Position numbers and translations under genes: made by a program. DNA of 63,951 nt, the filler included, from Licmophora abbreviata (lineage: Eukaryota): the NCBI GenBank assembly GCA_900291995.1. It is 16 parts of 16 records of this genome, joined end to end, with 100 filler letters (N's around TTAATTAATTAA, not from the genome) between each part and the next. Parts side by side here need not be neighbours in the genome. Positions count along the whole stretch, not along the records: positions 59,169 to 61,090 come from OLMU01003772.1; positions 61,191 to 62,830 come from OLMU01003774.1; positions 62,931 to 63,951 come from OLMU01003799.1; 13 more parts are not named here. One strand, written 5' to 3'. Numbering within the stretch: the stretch's first letter is position 1; each line of letters opens with the position of its first letter. The notes under the pieces are model-generated. The model had not been told where the DNA came from and did no database searches. It was given only the letters and a program-made list of their open reading frames with translations. Shown here piece by piece: positions 59,342-63,951 of this stretch.

Positions 59342-60934
59342 TCAACTCACATCCTTGTAGTTGATTTCCTTTCGGTTTTCGCCGACGCGCCCGCGCCGCA
59401 CCAAAAGCCGGTTCAGCGCGTTGACATAGGCTTTGGCGCTGGCCACCACCGTATCCGTATCCGCCGACTGGCCGGTGGCGATATTGCCCTCTTCCTCCAG
59501 CCGCACGGAAACCGTCGCCTGCGCATCGGTGCCTTCGGTGACCGCATGCACCTGATACAGCGACAGATGCGCTTCGTTCGGGTGCAGCTCTCGCACTGCC
59601 TTGAATGTGGCATCCACCGGTCCGTCCCCGGTCTGGCGGGTGGTCTTTTCCACGCCATCGATGGTCATGACCAGATCGGCCTCCGCAGGCCCTCCCGTGC
59701 CGCAGACGACCCGGAGCGACTTGATGACCAGCCGGTCGGTCGCCTCGTCCTCGCCCGCGCGCATCAGCGCGATCAGGTCCTCTTCATAGACTTCCTTCTT
59801 GCGATCGGCCAGATCCTTGAACCGCACGAACATGTCGTTGAGCTGGTTCTCGGCCAGCTCATAGCCCAGATCCTTCAGCTTCGCGCGCAGCGCCGCCCGC
59901 CCCGAATGCTTGCCAAGGACGATATTGGTCTCCGACAGGCCCACATCCTCGGGGCGCATGATCTCGAAGGTCTCGGCGTTCTTCAGCATCCCGTCCTGGT
60001 GGATGCCGGATTCATGGGCAAAGGCGTTCTTGCCGACAATCGCCTTGTTGTATTGCACCGGAAACCCGCTGACCGTGGCGACCCGGCGCGAGATGTTCAT
60101 GATCTTGCGGCTGTCCACCCCGGTGACATAGGGCATGATGTCCCCGCGCACCTTCAGCGCCATCACCACCTCTTCGAGTGCCGTGTTGCCCGCGCGCTCG
60201 CCCAGCCCGTTGATCGTGCATTCGATCTGCCGCGCTCCACCCGCGACCGCGGCCAGCGCATTGGCCGTCGCCAGCCCCAGATCGTTGTGGCAATGGGTGG
60301 CAAAGATCACCTCGTCCGCGCCCGGGACCTCTTCGATCAGGCGCCGGATCAGATCGGCGCTTTCCACCGGGGCGGTATAGCCCACCGTGTCGGGAATGTT
60401 GATCGTGCCGGCGCCGGCCTTGATCGCGATCTCCACCACGCGGCGCAGGTAATCCCACTCGGTCCGCGTCGCATCCATCGGCGACCATTGCACATTGTCG
60501 CACAGGTTGCGCGCATGGGTCACCGTCTCGTGGATGCGCTCGGCCATCTCGTCCTGCGTCAGGTTCGGGATCGCGCGATGCAGCGGCGAAGTGCCGATGA
60601 ACGTGTGGATGCGTGGCGAATTGGCGTGCTTCACCGCCTCCCAGCAGCGGTCGATATCCTTGAGATTGGCGCGCGCCAGCCCGCAGATCGTCGCGTCCTT
60701 CGACAGCTTGGCGATCTCGCTCACCGCGCGGAAATCCCCCTCCGAGGCGATCGGGAAACCGGCCTCGATGATATCCACGCCCATCTCGTCCAGCAGCCCG
60801 GCGATCTCCAGCTTTTCCTCGTGGGTCATGGTCGCGCCGGGGCTCTGCTCGCCATCGCGCAGGGTCGTGTCGAAAATCAGCACACGGTCCTTGCCTGAAT
60901 CTTGCGATGCACGCTCTGTGATCTTGTCAGTCAT
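59342..60934 (-). CDS. leuA: 2-isopropylmalate synthase
   Basis: [43 protein letters not shown] and the GDGPVDA regulatory domain. Confidence 0.97.
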   Translation of the reverse strand: MTDKITERASQDSGKDRVLIFDTTLRDGEQSPGATMTHEEKLEIAGLLDEMGVDIIEAGFPIASEGDFRAVSEIAKLSKDATICGLARANLKDIDRCWEAVKHANSPRIHTFIGTSPLHRAIPNLTQDEMAERIHETVTHARNLCDNVQWSPMDATRTEWDYLRRVVEIAIKAGAGTINIPDTVGYTAPVESADLIRRLIEEVPGADEVIFATHCHNDLGLATANALAAVAGGARQIECTINGLGERAGNTALEEVVMALKVRGDIMPYVTGVDSRKIMNISRRVATVSGFPVQYNKAIVGKNAFAHESGIHQDGMLKNAETFEIMRPEDVGLSETNIVLGKHSGRAALRAKLKDLGYELAENQLNDMFVRFKDLADRKKEVYEEDLIALMRAGEDEATDRLVIKSLRVVCGTGGPAEADLVMTIDGVEKTTRQTGDGPVDATFKAVRELHPNEAHLSLYQVHAVTEGTDAQATVSVRLEEEGNIATGQSADTDTVVASAKAYVNALNRLLVRRGRVGENRKEINYKDVS

Positions 60935-60952
60935 GTCGGGTCTCGTTTGTTG

Positions 60953-61090
60953 TCCTAAGCCTCTTGGCGCGAAACGGCACAGCCTCTGAGCGGTCGCGCC
61001 GGGATGGCACGCTCAGAGGCGGCTTAGGATCAGCAGGGCGCAAACGCAACCCGCAGCGCGCGGCAAAGCCCCGGGCGTGCTGGTGAAAGC
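60953..61090 (-). promoter_or_regulatory. leuA leader-peptide translational attenuator (LEU-type element)
   Basis: Leader ORF ends ...ALLILSRL*; 11-bp hairpin 60982-60992/61010-61020; 9-bp helix 61021-61029/60953-60961 covering a putative SD (AGGA). Confidence 0.75.
61013..61090 (-). CDS. leuA leader peptide (start lost in gap)
   Basis: AFTSTPGALPRAAGCVCALLILSRL*, ending CTG CTG ATC CTA AGC CGC CTC TGA. Confidence 0.65.
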   Translation of the reverse strand, partial: AFTSTPGALPRAAGCVCALLILSRL

Positions 61091-61190
61091 NNNNNNNNNN
61101 NNNNNNNNNNNNNNNNNNNNNNNNNNNNNNNNNNTTAATTAATTAANNNNNNNNNNNNNNNNNNNNNNNNNNNNNNNNNNNNNNNNNNNN

Positions 61191-61281
61191 CGCCGCCAAC
61201 CTTCTGTCGGTGCTGGATGGGCTGACCCCAGACGACACCGGGCGCTTCTTCGACTGGGCCGGGACGCCCGTGCCATGGTGA
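61191..61281 (+). CDS. C-terminus of a CsgA-like SDR
   Basis: AANLLSVLDGLTPDDTGRFFDWAGTPVPW*; overlaps the cryB start. Confidence 0.75.
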
Positions 61282-62804
61282 AACGCCTTGTTCTGGTGCT
61301 GGGCGACCAGCTGAGCCATGCGCTGTCGGCGCTGCGCGCCGCCGACAAGGCCCATGACCTCATCGTCATGGCCGAGGTCGGGGACGAGGCGGGCTATGTC
61401 CCCCATCATCCGAAGAAAATCGCGCTGGTCTTTTCGGCCATGCGCCATTTCGCCGATGAGCTTATCGCCGATGGCTGGCAGGTGGCCTACACACGGCTCG
61501 ATGACGCGGAGGCCTCGCGCTCGATCGTGGGCGAGCTGATGCGCCGCGGCCAGACGCATGGCACAAGCGAGGTGATCGCCACCCGCCCCGGTGAATGGCG
61601 GCTGATCTCGGCGCTGCAAGATGCGCCCCTGTCGGTGACGATGCTGCCCGATGACAGGTTCGTCTGTTCGCTGGACGCGTTCGACACATGGGCCGAGGGG
61701 CGCAAGGAATTGCGCATGGAATGGTTCTACCGCGAGATGCGCCGCAAGACCGGCTTGATGATGGAGGGCGACAAACCCGCGGGCGGCAAATGGAATTACG
61801 ACCACGACAACCGCAAACCCGCCTCGGGCGATCTTCTGCGGGCCAAACCCCTTCGGTTTGCGCCCGATGCGATCACCGCCCAAGTGCTCGATCTGGTCGA
61901 GACGCGCTTTGGCGACAATTTCGGCACCCTGCGCCCGTTTCACTATGCCGTGACCCGCGCCGACGCGCTGCGGGCCTTGGATCATTTTGCAACGCATCTT
62001 CTGGCAGGGTTCGGGGATTATCAGGACGCGATGCTGATGCAGGATCCGTTCCTGCATCATTCGATCCTGTCGCCCTACCTCAATCTGGGGCTGCTCGGCC
62101 CGCTCGAGATCTGCCAGCGCGTCGAGGCCGAATGGCAGGCAGGCCGCGTGCCGATCAACGCCGCCGAAGGCTATATCCGGCAGGTGATCGGCTGGCGCGA
62201 ATACATGCGCGGCATCTATTTCCGCGAAGGCCCGGACTATACCGCGCGCAACGTGCTGGGCCATGACCGGGCCTTGCCCGCGCTCTATTGGGGCGCGCCG
62301 ACGCGGATGAATTGCCTCTCGCATGCCGTGGCGCAGACCCGGGACGAGGCCTATGCCCATCACATCCAGCGGCTGATGGTCACTGGAAATTTCGCCCTTC
62401 TGGCGGGGATCGACCCGCATCAGGTCCATGAATGGTATCTCGCCGTCTATATCGATGCCTATGAATGGGTCGAGGCGCCCAACACCATCGGCATGAGCCA
62501 GTTCGCCGATGGCGGGATCGTCGGCTCGAAACCCTATGTGTCCTCGGGCAATTACATCGCCAAGATGTCCGATTACTGCTCGGACTGCGCCTATGCGGTG
62601 AAGGACAAGACCGGCGCGCGGGCCTGTCCGTTCAACCTGCTCTATTGGGATTTCCTGATCCGCCACCGTGACCGCTTTGCGCGCAACCCGCGCATGGCGC
62701 AGATGTATCGCACATGGGACCGGATGGACGCGGCGCGCCGCGATACGGTGCTGTCCGAAGCGGCTGCGTTTTTGGCGCGGCTCGACGCGGGCGAGGTTGT
62801 CTGA
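61275..62804 (+). CDS. cryB: FeS-cluster cryptochrome/(6-4) photolyase (CryB/PhrB, FeS-BCP)
   Basis: LVLGDQL, HHPKK, RMEWFYR, GGKWNYD, HHIQRLM and four FeS cysteines (MNC, YCSDC, ACP). Confidence 0.92.
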   Translation: MVKRLVLVLGDQLSHALSALRAADKAHDLIVMAEVGDEAGYVPHHPKKIALVFSAMRHFADELIADGWQVAYTRLDDAEASRSIVGELMRRGQTHGTSEVIATRPGEWRLISALQDAPLSVTMLPDDRFVCSLDAFDTWAEGRKELRMEWFYREMRRKTGLMMEGDKPAGGKWNYDHDNRKPASGDLLRAKPLRFAPDAITAQVLDLVETRFGDNFGTLRPFHYAVTRADALRALDHFATHLLAGFGDYQDAMLMQDPFLHHSILSPYLNLGLLGPLEICQRVEAEWQAGRVPINAAEGYIRQVIGWREYMRGIYFREGPDYTARNVLGHDRALPALYWGAPTRMNCLSHAVAQTRDEAYAHHIQRLMVTGNFALLAGIDPHQVHEWYLAVYIDAYEWVEAPNTIGMSQFADGGIVGSKPYVSSGNYIAKMSDYCSDCAYAVKDKTGARACPFNLLYWDFLIRHRDRFARNPRMAQMYRTWDRMDAARRDTVLSEAAAFLARLDAGEVV

Positions 62805-62960
62805 CGTTTCGCTGCGTGTCGGGCCGGGGCNNNNNNNNNNNNNNNNNNNNNNNNNNNNNNNNNNNNNNNNNNNNTTAATTAATTAANNNNNNNNNNNNNN
62901 NNNNNNNNNNNNNNNNNNNNNNNNNNNNNNCGGCACGCAGCGGGCTGCGGGCCGGGCAGG

Positions 62961-63081
62961 TCAGCCCTTGACGGCTTTGACAATCTTTTCGGCGCCGTCC
63001 TTGAGGTTGTCGGCGGCGATCACGTCGAGGCCGGAGTTCGAGATGATCTCTTTCCCCTTTTCGACGTTGGTGCCTTCCAGA

Positions 63082-63113
<32 letters not shown>

Positions 63114-63951
63114 CTTGACCGCGGCGATCACGCCTTCGGCGATCACGTCGCAACGCATGATGCCGCCGAAGATGTTGACCAGAATGCCTTTGACCTGCGG
63201 GTCCGAGGTGATGATCTTGAACGCCTCGGTCACCTTTTCCTTGGTCGCACCGCCGCCCACATCGAGGAAGTTGGCAGGCTCGGCGCCATAGAGCTTGATG
63301 ATGTCCATGGTGGCCATGGCCAGGCCCGCGCCGTTGACCATGCAGCCGATCTCGCCATCAAGGGCGATGTAGTTCAGGTCGTATTTGGACGCTTCGAGTT
63401 CCTTGGGGTCTTCTTCGGTCGTGTCGCGCAGTTCGGCGATGTCGGAATGGCGGTAGACCGCGTTGGAATCGAACCCCATCTTAGCGTCGAGGCATTTGAG
63501 ATCGCCCTTGTCGGTGATGATGAGGGGATTGATCTCGAGCATCTCCATGTCCTTGTCGAGGAACAGTTGGTAGAGCGTGCCCATCAGCTTGACGCATTGT
63601 TTGACCTGCGCGCCTTCGAGGCCCAGCATGAAGGCGATCCGGCGGCCATGGAACGGCTGGTAGCCGGTGGCGGGATCGACCGAGAAGCTGAGGATCTTTT
63701 CAGGGGTCTTTTCGGCGACTTCCTCGATGTCCATGCCGCCTTCGGTGGAGGCGGCGAAGGAAATCCGCGAGGTGACACGGTCCACCAGCAGGGCCAGATA
63801 GAATTCCTTTTCGATCTCCGAGCCGTCTTCGATGTAGATGCGGTTGACCTGCTTGCCGGCGGGGCCGGTCTGCTTGGTGACGAGGGTGGGGCCCAGCATG
63901 CGCCGGGCTTCCTCGGCGGCTTCTTCGACGGATCGGGCGAGGCGGACACCG
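62961..63951 (-). CDS. sucC: Succinyl-CoA synthetase beta subunit (5' end outside the window)
   Basis: [43 protein letters not shown] and RLEGTN motifs. Confidence 0.97.

Overview
Draft-genome scaffold from a high-GC alphaproteobacterium; the gene set (malonate TRAP operon, znu/zur, cryB, leuA leader) points to Rhodobacteraceae/Roseobacter group. It is built from 16 contigs joined by 15 artificial 100-nt spacers (N44-TTAATTAATTAA-N44). Left edge: a P4-type tyrosine integrase beside a 15-bp copy of a tRNA-Ser-like 3' end (att core). About 1.2-45 kb is accessory catabolic DNA in four modules. (A) An ABC importer with one degenerate ATPase, two SDRs, an amidase, an HP0310-like CE4 hydrolase, a small CxxC protein and a CobW GTPase, plus a divergent AraC-hydantoinase/oxoprolinase AB unit. 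(B) An OmpR-type two-component system with two PepSY proteins and a cytochrome b, carrying two identically built operator arrays. (C) An IclR/CoA-ligase/citryl-CoA-lyase-like/TctCBA operon. (D) TAXI-TRAP, a GMC oxidoreductase, SDR/amidase/TauE and a three-part biotin-dependent carboxylase with a divergent carboxyltransferase followed by a BKACE enzyme. About 45-64 kb looks like core chromosome: matR-dctPQM-matAB, an orphan methyltransferase::PIG-L deacetylase fusion, futA, znuABC/zur, an acyl-CoA synthetase, leuA with a Leu leader-peptide element, cryB and sucC. Modules A and D are the best candidates for undescribed pathways. All family calls come from reading motifs by eye; no database searches were run.
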